Assembly (NCBI GenBank): GCA_045646345.1
Contig: JAZRKN010000016.1
Location: 1,693-65,692 of the forward strand
Direction of reading: 5' to 3'
Length of the DNA stretch: 64,000 nucleotides
DNA from: Candidatus Scatovivens sp.
GTDB lineage: Bacteria; Bacillota; Clostridia; TANB77; CAG-508
The position numbers and the translations under genes were made by a program. The notes below the pieces were generated by a model. It saw only the letters and a program-made list of their open reading frames with translations. It searched no databases and was not told the DNA's origin. Of this stretch, positions 11,499 through 21,376 are shown piece by piece; positions within the stretch are counted from its first letter, which is position 1, and every line of letters starts with the position of its first letter.

Positions 11499-11562
11499 TT
11501 ACTCCTTATCTTACACAAATTTATTTCTAGCAATGATTTTATTTTAGCAACTTTTAAAAAAT

Positions 11563-12582
11563 CTATTCTCCAAAATAATCTAACATCATCGCTTTTTTTA
11601 CTTTTTTCATTGTTTCTTTTGCTGTTTGTCTTGCTTTTTCTGTTCCTTCTTTTAATATTCTATCTACTTCTTCTGGATGAGCTTCATAATAAGCTCTTTT
11701 TTCTCTCATAGGTCTTAAAAATTCTATAACATTATTTGCAAGTTCTCTTTTACATGCTACACAACCTCTAGCACCAGCCTTGCATTCTGTACAAGCTTTC
11801 GAACATGCTTCTTCGCTTGAGAATAATTTATGGTAATAAGCAACCATACAAACATCAGGATTTCCTAAGTCATCCTTTTTAATTCTGTTTGGATCAGTTA
11901 CTGCACTCATAACTTTTCTTGTTATTTCTTCTTCACTATCAGATAGGTAAATTGCATTTCCTAAAGATTTTCCCATTTTTTCATTTCCATCTAAACCTTT
12001 AATTCTTTTTCCTTCAGATAAAACTATTTCTGGTTCTTTTAAAATCCCTTCACCATATATACTATTAAATTTTCTAACTATTTCTTTACATTGTTCAATT
12101 AAAGGTGCTTGATCTTCTCCAACAGGAACAAGTTCTCCTTCAAATGCTGTTATATCTGCAGCTTGACTTACCGGATATCCTAAAAATCCATAAGTTACAC
12201 TTTCTCCAAATAAATCTCTTTTTTGAGCAATTTCTGTTTTAACAGTTGGATTTCTTTGAAGTCTAGCTATTGTAACTAGATTTGAATAAAACACTGTAAG
12301 TTCTGCTGTTTCTGGTATCATTGATTGTATATATATAGTTGTTTTTTCTGGATCAATTCCAACTGATAAATAATCCATTACAACTTCTCTAACATTTTTT
12401 CTAACTTTTTCTGGATTATTGAAATTATCTGTTAAAGCTTGAACATCTGCAATTAAAATATATGGATCATATTCTCCACTGTTTTGCATTTCAACTCTTT
12501 TTTTCAAAGATCCAAAATAATGTCCTATGTGTAATTTTCCTGTAGGTCTATCACCTGTTAATATTCTTTTTTTATTTCCCAT
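11563..12582 (-). CDS. trpS: tryptophan--tRNA ligase
   Basis: HIGH-type motif TGKLHIGHY and KMSKS-type KMGKS; 339 aa. Confidence 0.95.
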   Translation of the reverse strand: MGNKKRILTGDRPTGKLHIGHYFGSLKKRVEMQNSGEYDPYILIADVQALTDNFNNPEKVRKNVREVVMDYLSVGIDPEKTTIYIQSMIPETAELTVFYSNLVTIARLQRNPTVKTEIAQKRDLFGESVTYGFLGYPVSQAADITAFEGELVPVGEDQAPLIEQCKEIVRKFNSIYGEGILKEPEIVLSEGKRIKGLDGNEKMGKSLGNAIYLSDSEEEITRKVMSAVTDPNRIKKDDLGNPDVCMVAYYHKLFSSEEACSKACTECKAGARGCVACKRELANNVIEFLRPMREKRAYYEAHPEEVDRILKEGTEKARQTAKETMKKVKKAMMLDYFGE

Positions 12583-12709
12583 TTTCTATACCTCACTTTA
12601 AAATTTATTTTATTTTTTTAAAGCTTAGCATTGCCATCGTCTTCCTACTTCCATTATATTTTTTCACGGCCTTTCTTTAGTTTTATAAAATTTATAAAAA
12701 TTCCTTTAT

Positions 12710-12738
12710 ATTATACTGTATTTTTATTTAAAAATCAA
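12710..12738 (-). promoter_or_regulatory. sigma-A promoter for trpS (TTGATT-17-TATAAT)
   Basis: read on the minus strand: ttgatttttaaataaaaatacagtataat. Confidence 0.55.
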
Positions 12739-12744
12739 TGTTTT

Positions 12745-12774
12745 TTGACATTTTATGTTAATTTATGTTATAAT
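12745..12774 (+). promoter_or_regulatory. near-consensus sigma-A promoter (TTGACA-17-TTATAAT) driving the GC-rich ORF
   Basis: ttgacattttatgttaatttatgttataat, divergent from and 6 bp away from the trpS promoter. Confidence 0.65.
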
Positions 12775-12906
12775 TAAATAGTTAACATAGTTATCAACAG
12801 TATGAGTCAAACTCGACTAACCTATAAGGTGCCCAGCCTTACACGAAAAACTATAATAATCTGGGAACGAAAGTATAGACTTCTATACCGTAGGGAAAGG
12901 AAAGAC

Positions 12907-13443
12907 ATGATTATTTTCATCACCAAGGTCCCTCAGGAATTCCGTGTTAACGAAACAATCAAATCATGCTTCACCGGCCGGTTCCTTCAGACCAAAATCC
13001 GTGACGAAGTAGTTTTGTCTCAGCCCGCACAATTGGGAAATGCATTTTATATCCAACCGCAAGGATTAGATAAAGTTCCCGTTGTCACCAGAGCTGAACT
13101 TCCTGCCAGCAGGGGCGCCAAAATAGCATGGGCTTTGTCTTTTATCGGTGACGATAAATGTATGACCACCGAAGCAAGTTTCTATGAAAACTATGACAAG
13201 CTGGTTAAGCAGGATATCATTACCAATATCGCTGCTTTCACCAAGTTTGGTCAGTACGCAATCGTCCTCGCAGACAAAACTATGTTCAATGTATCCCTTG
13301 GCAAAAACAAGATTAAGAAAAATAACCCTGTGCTTGCATGGATCTCTGATGACATCACTCTCGAGAGTTTACATGAACTTCTCGAAAGATATGAAAGTCG
13401 TAAGAAAATTCCCTGCAGCAAAGAATTTTTCTATCTCTTGTAA
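12907..13443 (+). CDS. hypothetical protein (178 aa) in a higher-GC cassette
   Basis: ORF 12802-13443; probable start MIIFITK at 12907 with RBS ggaaaggaaag. About 45% GC, distinct from flanks; own promoter and GC-rich terminator. Confidence 0.5.
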   Translation: MIIFITKVPQEFRVNETIKSCFTGRFLQTKIRDEVVLSQPAQLGNAFYIQPQGLDKVPVVTRAELPASRGAKIAWALSFIGDDKCMTTEASFYENYDKLVKQDIITNIAAFTKFGQYAIVLADKTMFNVSLGKNKIKKNNPVLAWISDDITLESLHELLERYESRKKIPCSKEFFYLL

Positions 13444-13447
13444 TCAA

Positions 13448-13486
13448 AAAGCACGCATCCTGAAAAAGGATGCGTGCTTTTTATTT
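13448..13486. terminator. strong GC-rich bidirectional terminator
   Basis: stem aagcacgcatcc/ggatgcgtgctt with A-run before and T-run after. Confidence 0.8.
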
Positions 13487-15614
13487 AATTTCTTTTTAAA
13501 ATTCTAAGTGTATTTAAAATTGTAAGTAATGTTACACCAACATCAGCAAATACAGCAAGCCACATTTGAGTCAACCCAAATACAGTTAATATTAGTACAA
13601 ATAATTTTGTTCCAATTGCAAATATTAAGTTTTGTTTTATAATTTTATTCGTCTCTTTTGAAATTTTTATAGCTTGTTTTACCTTCTTCAAATCATCTGT
13701 CATTATTACTACATCTGATGCTTCAATTGCAGAACTTGCTCCAATTCCTCCCATTGAAATTCCAATATCAGCAAGAGCAAGTACTGGTGAGTCATTTATT
13801 CCATCTCCAATAAATGCAACTCTTCCTTCTTTTTTATTTTTAATAATATTTTCAATTTCATTATATTTATCTGTCGGAAGCATTTCTGCCTTTACTTCGT
13901 TTATTCCTATTTCATTTGCTACTTTGTTTGCAACTTCCCAATTATCTCCTGTAAACATCATTGTTTTAATTCCAAATTTATTCAAATCTGTTATTACTTC
14001 TTTAGCTTCTGGTTTTATTGTATCGTTTAAAATTAAACATCCAATTACAGAATTATCAATTTTCACATAAATAATTGTTCCTGATTCTTTTTCTTCTTCA
14101 CATTCTACTAAATCATTATTTCCAATTTTTATTATTTTTTCATCTAGTTTATATGAAAGACCTTTTCCTGTTATTTCTTCAAAATCACTTATATTGTCTT
14201 TGTTGATAATTTTTCCATATTTTTCTAAAACAGCTAAAGCTAATGGATGGTTAGAAAAACATTCTCCAAAAGCTGCATATTCTAAAATTTGCTCTTCTGT
14301 ATAACTTTCATCATATAATTTTATTTTTTCTACTTCAAATTTACCTTTTGTTAATGTTCCTGTTTTATCACAAGCTAAATATTTTATATCTTTTAATGCA
14401 TCTAAATAGTTACTTCCCTTTACTAAAATTCCATTTTTCGATGCTTTACCTATTCCTGAAAAATAACTAAGTGGAACAGAAATTGCAATTGCACAAGGAC
14501 AAGAAACAACTAAGAATATTAACGCTCTATATACACTTTCTGAATATGTAAGTGTTGTAAATAAAGGTAATAATGAACCTACTAAAACTGCTAATATAAA
14601 GACAATTGGCGTATATACTCTTGCTGCCTTATTAACAAATGTTTCCGTCTTAGCCTTTTTATCTGTTGCATTTTCAACTAATTCTAAAATTCTATTTACT
14701 GTACTATTCTCATATTTTTCTGTTACTTTTATCTCTATTAAACCTTTTTCGTTTATACTTCCTGATAGTACTTTATCATTTTCTTTTACTTGTCTTAAAA
14801 TTGATTCTCCAGTTAATGAAGCTGTATTTAAACTAGCTTCTCCAGAAAGTACAATTCCATCTAAAGGTATTTTCTCGCCTTGTTTTACAACTATAATATC
14901 ATCAATATTTACTTCTTCTGGACTTACTTTATGATCATGCTTTCCATGTTTTAAATTCGCATATTCTGGTCTTATATCCATTAATGATGATATAGATTTT
15001 CTTGTATTATTAATTGCTTTTTCTTCTAGAATTTTACCAATTTCATAAAGAATAATTACCATTAATCCTTCAAAATGTTCACCTACTGCAAACGCTCCTA
15101 AACAAGATACAGTAATTAAGAAATTTTCATTTACAACTTTTTGCTTCATCAATTTTAATGCATTTTTAGTTGTTCTATATAGTAAAATCACATATGCAAA
15201 AATTAAAATTATAAAATTTATTTTTTCTGGTAATATATTAACAAGAGAAATTAATGTTAATATTAAACCAATCATTAATCTTATCAAATGAGGATTCATT
15301 TTTTTCTTCTCTTTTATATGGCAAGAACCATCACAAGAATGCTCGTGTCCATCTTCGTGTTCATGCTGATGTTTATTTTTTAAATCCAATATTTTTATAT
15401 CAGGTTCTACACTTTTTACTATTTTTTCTATATCTTCTTTTACATCATCTATCTCTGATTCAAAAGAAAGTTTTAATGTATTATAATTTAATACAACATT
15501 TTTATAATCATTATTTTCTGCCACTTTATTTTGTATTTTATTTGCACAATTTGGACATCCTAATCCTTCTAAAATAAACTCATACTTCTTCAATATGTTC
15601 ACGACCTTTCTCAA
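13485..15614 (-). CDS. cadA: heavy-metal translocating P1B-type ATPase (Cd/Zn/Co, CadA/ZntA-like)
   Basis: N-terminal HMA CxxC (GCPNC). His-rich stretch HQHEHEDGHEHSCDGSCH. CPC in TM6 (SCPCAIAI), DKTGT phosphorylation site, GDGINDSP. Confidence 0.9.
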   Translation of the reverse strand: MRKVVNILKKYEFILEGLGCPNCANKIQNKVAENNDYKNVVLNYNTLKLSFESEIDDVKEDIEKIVKSVEPDIKILDLKNKHQHEHEDGHEHSCDGSCHIKEKKKMNPHLIRLMIGLILTLISLVNILPEKINFIILIFAYVILLYRTTKNALKLMKQKVVNENFLITVSCLGAFAVGEHFEGLMVIILYEIGKILEEKAINNTRKSISSLMDIRPEYANLKHGKHDHKVSPEEVNIDDIIVVKQGEKIPLDGIVLSGEASLNTASLTGESILRQVKENDKVLSGSINEKGLIEIKVTEKYENSTVNRILELVENATDKKAKTETFVNKAARVYTPIVFILAVLVGSLLPLFTTLTYSESVYRALIFLVVSCPCAIAISVPLSYFSGIGKASKNGILVKGSNYLDALKDIKYLACDKTGTLTKGKFEVEKIKLYDESYTEEQILEYAAFGECFSNHPLALAVLEKYGKIINKDNISDFEEITGKGLSYKLDEKIIKIGNNDLVECEEEKESGTIIYVKIDNSVIGCLILNDTIKPEAKEVITDLNKFGIKTMMFTGDNWEVANKVANEIGINEVKAEMLPTDKYNEIENIIKNKKEGRVAFIGDGINDSPVLALADIGISMGGIGASSAIEASDVVIMTDDLKKVKQAIKISKETNKIIKQNLIFAIGTKLFVLILTVFGLTQMWLAVFADVGVTLLTILNTLRILKRN

Positions 15615-15936
15615 AAATTTCTCTCACATGTTCATCATCTAAAGAATAGAACACTGATTTTCCATCTTTTCTATATTTAACAAGTTTTGCTTGTTTTAAA
15701 ACTCTCAATTGATGAGATATAGCCGATGGTGTTGAATTAGTTATCTCTGCAATATCACACACACATAATTCTTCCATCATTAAAGCATTTAATATTTTCA
15801 TTCTAGTCGAATCTCCAAATACTTTAAATAGTTCTGCTAAATCAAATATTTCTTCATCTTCTAAAAGATTAGATTTAATTCGATTTACAATTTCTTGATT
15901 TGATGATTCTTCTTCACACCTTATAAATTCATTCAT
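15580..15936 (-). CDS. cadC: ArsR/SmtB family metalloregulator (CadC-like)
   Basis: ELCVCDIAE metal-binding motif and HTH SHQLRVLKQAKLV. Overlaps the cadA start by about 35 nt. Confidence 0.85.
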   Translation of the reverse strand: MNEFIRCEEESSNQEIVNRIKSNLLEDEEIFDLAELFKVFGDSTRMKILNALMMEELCVCDIAEITNSTPSAISHQLRVLKQAKLVKYRKDGKSVFYSLDDEHVREIFEKGREHIEEV

Positions 15937-15967
15937 AGTTTTCTCCTATTTATATATTATTTGAATA

Positions 15968-15985
15968 TATGAATAATCATTCATA
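15968..15985. promoter_or_regulatory. candidate CadC operator (inverted repeat tatgaat-aatc-attcata)
   Basis: 7-bp inverted repeat in the cadC promoter region; inferred by analogy to cad operators. Confidence 0.4.
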
Positions 15986-16051
15986 TAAATTATAAGTCTT
16001 AAAATTTTCGAAGTCAATAAATAACAAATAAGATTTATATTTTTTACATAA

Positions 16052-16090
16052 TAAAAAAGCTCTAGTTTTCTAGAGCTTTTAATTTTTATT
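16052..16090. terminator. intrinsic terminator downstream of the 16093-17049 gene
   Basis: stem gctctag-tttt-ctagagc flanked by A/T runs. Confidence 0.7.
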
Positions 16091-16092
16091 TA

Positions 16093-17049
16093 TTAATAAT
16101 TATCTCTTCCTTCTGGTAATGCTGGGTAATCTAAAACAACTCTAATTTGCATTACATATCTTATTGTTCTTACAAATTTGCTGTTTTTAATTCTTTGCCA
16201 TAATGAAGGTTTAACTTCAAATCTTGTTTCTTCAAAGTATGTTTCTTCCTCTGAAGTTGCAACTTCAGCAGAATCTCCAGCAACTGGTTCTTCAACAGTA
16301 GCTGCTGCTGCAACTTCTGGAACAACTTTTTCTTCTTTTACAGGAGCTGGTTCTAATATTGCATTAGCAACAATATTTTCTTCAACACCTTCTTCTCCAC
16401 CACCTAACACTTCATCAACTGGAGCTGGAATGTATTTAAGCGCTTCTGCAATTTCAATTCCTATGTAACTTAAAGCTTTTGATTTATCTTCAATTCTTTC
16501 CATATCTATTTCAATATGTAAATTTGACTCTAAGTTATTTACTTTTGTATCTATTAACTTAACAGCATTAGTATATTCTTCTGTTGTTTTATCTTTACTT
16601 TTTCCAATTAATGTTAAAGCTTCTGCAATATCAGCTGGATATTTTGTTTCTAATTTTTTAACAATTTCTTTCCAGTTTTTAGCTCTTGCTTTAACAGCAG
16701 TTGTAGCATCTCTTAAAACACTTGCTAATTTGATATTTTTTTCTCTTTGTCTTATTAAATCTTCTATTTTCTTTGTGTTTTCTTCGAATTGGTTTGTGGC
16801 ATACTCAACTAAATCATAAGCAGCTTTATAAACACTTTTTGGAAAGTTCTTTTTCTTTGGATATTCTAATAAATATGTTTTTACAGATTCTACTAAATCT
16901 TTAAAATAAGAATCATCCTCTAATTGAACTATTTGTTTTTTGCTGTTAGGATTTATTAATTTTTGAACTTTATCGATATTTGATAATATTTTCTCTTCCG
17001 TGATCACCATTTTCACGTTTACTATGCCTGATTTTTGAAAAAATGACAT
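16093..17049 (-). CDS. hypothetical protein, coiled-coil N-region and acidic Ala/Val/Glu-rich C-region
   Basis: 318-aa ORF, no recognisable catalytic motifs. Confidence 0.45.
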   Translation of the reverse strand: MSFFQKSGIVNVKMVITEEKILSNIDKVQKLINPNSKKQIVQLEDDSYFKDLVESVKTYLLEYPKKKNFPKSVYKAAYDLVEYATNQFEENTKKIEDLIRQREKNIKLASVLRDATTAVKARAKNWKEIVKKLETKYPADIAEALTLIGKSKDKTTEEYTNAVKLIDTKVNNLESNLHIEIDMERIEDKSKALSYIGIEIAEALKYIPAPVDEVLGGGEEGVEENIVANAILEPAPVKEEKVVPEVAAAATVEEPVAGDSAEVATSEEETYFEETRFEVKPSLWQRIKNSKFVRTIRYVMQIRVVLDYPALPEGRDNY

Positions 17050-17358
17050 TGTAAACTACCTCCTTCGTATCAATCTAATTAAATACTAAAGTTATTATAT
17101 CTTTATTTCCGTAAAACTACAAGAGTTTTTATGATATTTTTGTATTACATTTTTATTACATTTCAAAGTTATTTTTGTAACATTATGTAACATAGTTTTT
17201 ATTTTCCAATTACAATTTTATTATAAAAAAACAAAAAGAACAATTGAAAATTTATCTTTTTATGACATTTTTTTCAATTATTCTTTTTGGTTTTGTATTA
17301 TTTAAATAATTATTATATTTTCTCATAACAATTATCGTTTTTATTAAAATTTATTATA

Positions 17359-19101
17359 TTATTTTAAAACTTTTTTAATTTCTTCATGTCTTTTTATTTT
17401 CAATGTTGTTGTTTTAATTAATTCTTCTTCAGTAATAATTAATTCTTTAACATATTTATATTTTGGCATTGTCTTGTTCATATCTTTTATTTTTTCCCAT
17501 AATTTAGCTTTTATTTCTTCTTCAGATTCAGCACCATATTCTGATTTCATTATGTCTCTATCATAAACAACTTTAACACACATCTTTAAGTCATTTTCAT
17601 CACTTTCATCTGGTTTTCCGAAAACAAATGACTCTTTTACTCCAGGAATTTTGTTTATTAAAGATTCAGTTTCTTCTGGAAATACATTTTTTCCGTTTTT
17701 TAATACTATAACACTTTTCTTTCTTCCTGTTATAAATATAAATCCATCTTTATCTATGTAAGCTAAATCTCCTGTATGGAACCAACCATCTTTCATACAT
17801 TCATTTGTTGCTTCTTCATTTCCATAATAACCAAGCATTACAGTAGGTCCTTTTACAGCTAGTTCTCCTATTCCCATTTCATTTGGCTCAACAATTTTAG
17901 TTTGAATACTTGGGAAAGTTTTTCCTATAGAACCTAATCTATGATATGTTGGATTTTCGGCAGCAACAACTGGAGCTGTTTCTGATAATCCATATCCTTG
18001 GAATGTATCTACACCTAAATTTGTAAATCCTTTTTCTGTTTCAGGATCAAATGCTGCACCACCAGCAACCAAAATTCTTAATTTTCCACCAAAGTTTGCA
18101 TGAATATCTTTAAATAATTTTCTTCTAATATCTATTCCCATAAATCTTAAAAAGTTAGATACTTTTATAGCTAATTTAACTGTTTTTGTTTTTCCTTTTT
18201 TATCAATTCCTTGTAAAACTTTTTTGTACATATTTTCAAAAAGTACTGGAACTGCAATCATTACTGTTATTTCAAATTCTTTTAAATTTTCTGCGATATG
18301 TCTTATACCATCACAAAAAGCAATTGTTGCTCCAACACTCATTGCAAATAAGAAACCAACTGTACATTCGAAAACATGATGTAATGGTAAGAATGAAAGT
18401 AAAGTATCTCCTTTTCTAATATCAAACATTGCTGTTATATCATAAATATTTGTTGCTATATTTGTATGTGAAAGCATAACTGCTTTTGATTGAGAAGTTG
18501 TTCCAGATGTAAAAAGCATAACTGCCATTGCATCATTATCAATTTTAGCATCTAAAAATTCTCTATTACCATTTTTTAATAATTCTTTTCCATTTTTAAT
18601 TAATTCTTTTTGAGAATATATATCATCTGTTTTTTCTTCTAAATCCATTGAAATGTAATGTTTTATTTTTCCAACATTTTCTTTTCTAGCTCTTTCCATT
18701 ACTTCTGTATATTTTGAAGTATAGAATATAGCTTCAATTTCAGATCTTTCAATTAGACTTAAAAGTTCATTTTCTGTTAAAGCTTTATCTAATGGAACAA
18801 CAATACCAGTTCCACATGTTATTGATAAATAAGCTTCTTCCCATTCATATCTGTTTTCTCCAATAAGACCTATTCTTTTATCTTTTAATCCAATATCAAT
18901 TAAAGCAGTTCCTAAAGCTTCTACTTCTTCGATGTATTCTTTATATGACATTGTATACATTTCTTTTGTTTCAGGATTTTTAAATTTAAAAGCAGATTCA
19001 TTTTCAAATTCATTTTTTGTATTATTAATTATTTCTTTTAAATTGTTAAATTTTTTAACATTATAAACTCTTTCACAACCTCTATAGATTCTTTCTCCCA
19101 T
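17359..19101 (-). CDS. AMP-dependent acyl-CoA synthetase (long-chain fatty acid--CoA ligase, FadD-like)
   Basis: AMP-binding motif LFTSGTTSQSKAV and a GYGLSET-type motif; 580 aa. Confidence 0.85.
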   Translation of the reverse strand: MGERIYRGCERVYNVKKFNNLKEIINNTKNEFENESAFKFKNPETKEMYTMSYKEYIEEVEALGTALIDIGLKDKRIGLIGENRYEWEEAYLSITCGTGIVVPLDKALTENELLSLIERSEIEAIFYTSKYTEVMERARKENVGKIKHYISMDLEEKTDDIYSQKELIKNGKELLKNGNREFLDAKIDNDAMAVMLFTSGTTSQSKAVMLSHTNIATNIYDITAMFDIRKGDTLLSFLPLHHVFECTVGFLFAMSVGATIAFCDGIRHIAENLKEFEITVMIAVPVLFENMYKKVLQGIDKKGKTKTVKLAIKVSNFLRFMGIDIRRKLFKDIHANFGGKLRILVAGGAAFDPETEKGFTNLGVDTFQGYGLSETAPVVAAENPTYHRLGSIGKTFPSIQTKIVEPNEMGIGELAVKGPTVMLGYYGNEEATNECMKDGWFHTGDLAYIDKDGFIFITGRKKSVIVLKNGKNVFPEETESLINKIPGVKESFVFGKPDESDENDLKMCVKVVYDRDIMKSEYGAESEEEIKAKLWEKIKDMNKTMPKYKYVKELIITEEELIKTTTLKIKRHEEIKKVLK

Positions 19102-19102
19102 T

Positions 19103-19684
19103 TTAAGCTTCCATCCTTTTTACTAATTTATTAAATAATGTTTTTTCATACTCTTTATATATTTTTACAACATCAATTTGTTCTAGGTTTGCTTTTCTTC
19201 TATAAATTAATGTTGAACATGTTAGTGAAAATATTTCTGACGCTAATATTTCTGCATCACAATCCACTATATCGCCATTATCCACGCCTTCTTGCACAAT
19301 TTTTTGAATTACCTCAATATATTCCATTACTTTATCTTTACAAAAACGATTTCTATTTTCATTTCCCCACACTTGACTAAGAACTATTGTAAGTAAATTC
19401 TCATATTTAGCAACTGCTTTTAATTGTATTAGAGAAACAGCTTTAATTTTATCTAATACATTATCACATTTTGCAATTTTAATTTCTATACTGTTAATTA
19501 AAAGCTTCATACCTTCTTCAACTAAGAAATTAAAAATTTCTTCTTTACTACTAAAGTGATAATATAATGTTCCTTTAGCCACTCCAACAGTAGCTGTAAT
19601 CTCTTCTATACTTGTAGCATCATATCCCTTTTCTGAAAAAAGTTTTAATGATGTTTCAAATATCTTTCTCTTCGTTTTATTCAT
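19103..19684 (-). CDS. TetR/AcrR family transcriptional regulator
   Basis: N-terminal TetR HTH (TSIEEITATVGVAKGTLYYHF); immediately upstream of the acyl-CoA ligase (1-nt gap). Confidence 0.85.
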   Translation of the reverse strand: MNKTKRKIFETSLKLFSEKGYDATSIEEITATVGVAKGTLYYHFSSKEEIFNFLVEEGMKLLINSIEIKIAKCDNVLDKIKAVSLIQLKAVAKYENLLTIVLSQVWGNENRNRFCKDKVMEYIEVIQKIVQEGVDNGDIVDCDAEILASEIFSLTCSTLIYRRKANLEQIDVVKIYKEYEKTLFNKLVKRMEA

Positions 19685-19750
19685 AGAATATTTCCTATCT
19701 TTATAAGATTAAATTTATAGAGTAGAATAGTCTCTCAAAAATTTAAACTT

Positions 19751-19779
19751 ATTATATAATCTTTTTTTTAAATTTGCAA
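19751..19779 (-). promoter_or_regulatory. sigma-A promoter TTGCAA-17-TATAAT for the tetR-acyl-CoA ligase operon
   Basis: minus-strand reading ttgcaaatttaaaaaaaagattatataat. Confidence 0.55.
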
Positions 19780-19902
19780 GAAAATATTCAAAAATGAATC
19801 AATAGTCAGTTTCTACAGACAAGCGGATTTAGAGTCGAAAACTAGATGTAAAAATGTACGAAATCACCATGATATTTTAATCAAAATTTTATCCTTTATT
19901 TA

Positions 19903-19945
19903 TAAAAAAAAATCAAAATTGTTTATAACAATTTTGATTTTTTTT
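19903..19945. terminator. bidirectional intrinsic terminator
   Basis: stem tcaaaattgtt/aacaattttga within A/T runs. Confidence 0.65.
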
Positions 19946-19954
19946 ACTATTTTT

Positions 19955-21235
19955 TTAATCTCCGATTTCTTGCCCTTCATCTACTTTTTTTGTTGAATCA
20001 GCATTTTTATTTGTGTTATCTTCTTCCTCAATACCAGCACACATATTTAAGCCTTTTTTTCTTGCTTCTGGATCTTTTTCATATGGATAAACATATCTTA
20101 AGTAATTTCTTGCTACAATAGCTCTTTTTCTCTCTTCAGCTTCTTCTAAAGTCTCTCCCGCTAGTTCTAACATCAATTTAGCCACAGTAGAATCCACCAC
20201 TCTTTTTGGTTTTGTATCTTCCATCATTTTTGCTGAAAAACGTTTTGCTTCTTCCAAAAAGAAATATGATTCTTCTGCTAATACTTCATCCATTTCTGCT
20301 GGTTCTGTTATTAAAGAAACTTGATGTAATAATTCTACTTGATCTAAACTAGTTGATTGAACAATTCTCATTTTCTCTTGAGCAGATAACAAATCTGAAT
20401 TAAATCCTAAAATTAGTTTCGCTAATTTTCTTGTTGTATCTGAATATTCATCCCAAGAATTAGGTTCTCCTCTTTTTTGTCCTCCTCTTTTTTGCAAAAA
20501 TGATTTCATACCTTTACAAAAATCTGGCAATATTATATCATCTCTTCTTCTTTCAATTTCAAATAATCTATCATCTACATACGCACTTTCATTTTCATAA
20601 TCAGTTTTCGCTTCTTCAAACTCAAGTCTAAATTTTTCTTTTGAAAAATCTTCTGGAGTATTAACCATTACAGTTTCTAATCCTGTATATTTTATTCTAG
20701 AAACATATTGTGCAAGAGCAGGATATCTTTCAATATATTTTATAGCATGACTTAAATCCATAATAGAATTATCTGGATTTGGCTCTGTATAAAAAACTGA
20801 ATTCACTTCTTTATATCCTAGCATCTTTACTATAGTCAATTCCATGATTTTTCTTCTTAAATCTAATACATCTGCTGGAGAAACACCTAATTTTTCATAT
20901 CCTTCTAATTGTTGAATCAATCCATACATTTCTCTTCCCAAATTATTTAGATGTCCTAAATCGGAAAAATCTGGATAATAATGTTTTTCAATAGTTTGTG
21001 CAACTGGAGTCATATCGTTTGCATATTCCACTGATCCATCATTGTTCATTCTCATCCAAAAATAAGAATCTGAATGTTCTGTACTATTTTCATCAAATTG
21101 CCATCCATTTTCTGTACTATATAACGTTCTTTTTAATCCATCAGGACTTGGTAAATCTAATTTATATCCATATTTATTTTTTGTTGCTTCTAAAAATTCG
21201 CCTTTATACAACACATTAATCTTTTCTTCTGCCAT
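19955..21235 (-). CDS. hypothetical protein (426 aa)
   Basis: long acidic ORF with no recognisable motifs. Confidence 0.45.
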   Translation of the reverse strand: MAEEKINVLYKGEFLEATKNKYGYKLDLPSPDGLKRTLYSTENGWQFDENSTEHSDSYFWMRMNNDGSVEYANDMTPVAQTIEKHYYPDFSDLGHLNNLGREMYGLIQQLEGYEKLGVSPADVLDLRRKIMELTIVKMLGYKEVNSVFYTEPNPDNSIMDLSHAIKYIERYPALAQYVSRIKYTGLETVMVNTPEDFSKEKFRLEFEEAKTDYENESAYVDDRLFEIERRRDDIILPDFCKGMKSFLQKRGGQKRGEPNSWDEYSDTTRKLAKLILGFNSDLLSAQEKMRIVQSTSLDQVELLHQVSLITEPAEMDEVLAEESYFFLEEAKRFSAKMMEDTKPKRVVDSTVAKLMLELAGETLEEAEERKRAIVARNYLRYVYPYEKDPEARKKGLNMCAGIEEEDNTNKNADSTKKVDEGQEIGD

Positions 21236-21376
21236 TATAGACCTCCAAAAATCTAATATCTACATATATATCATACTATTAATTTTAAAAAAAGCAAATA
21301 TTTTTTATTTTTTTTTTATAAAAAAACATTTGCAATAAAAAATCCCCTAAATAAATAGGAGCTTTTTTATCTTATA

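Noticed and set aside
12583-12800. Possible T-box leader upstream of trpS
   Set aside because: The promoter-to-ATG distance is only about 125 nt and there is no GGGTGG-ACCGCG T-box core or antiterminator-style structure; probably a plain short UTR
13184-13507. 107-aa ORF overlapping the 3' end of the GC-rich gene and the terminator
   Set aside because: Alternate frame of the 12907-13443 gene running through a terminator hairpin; no RBS
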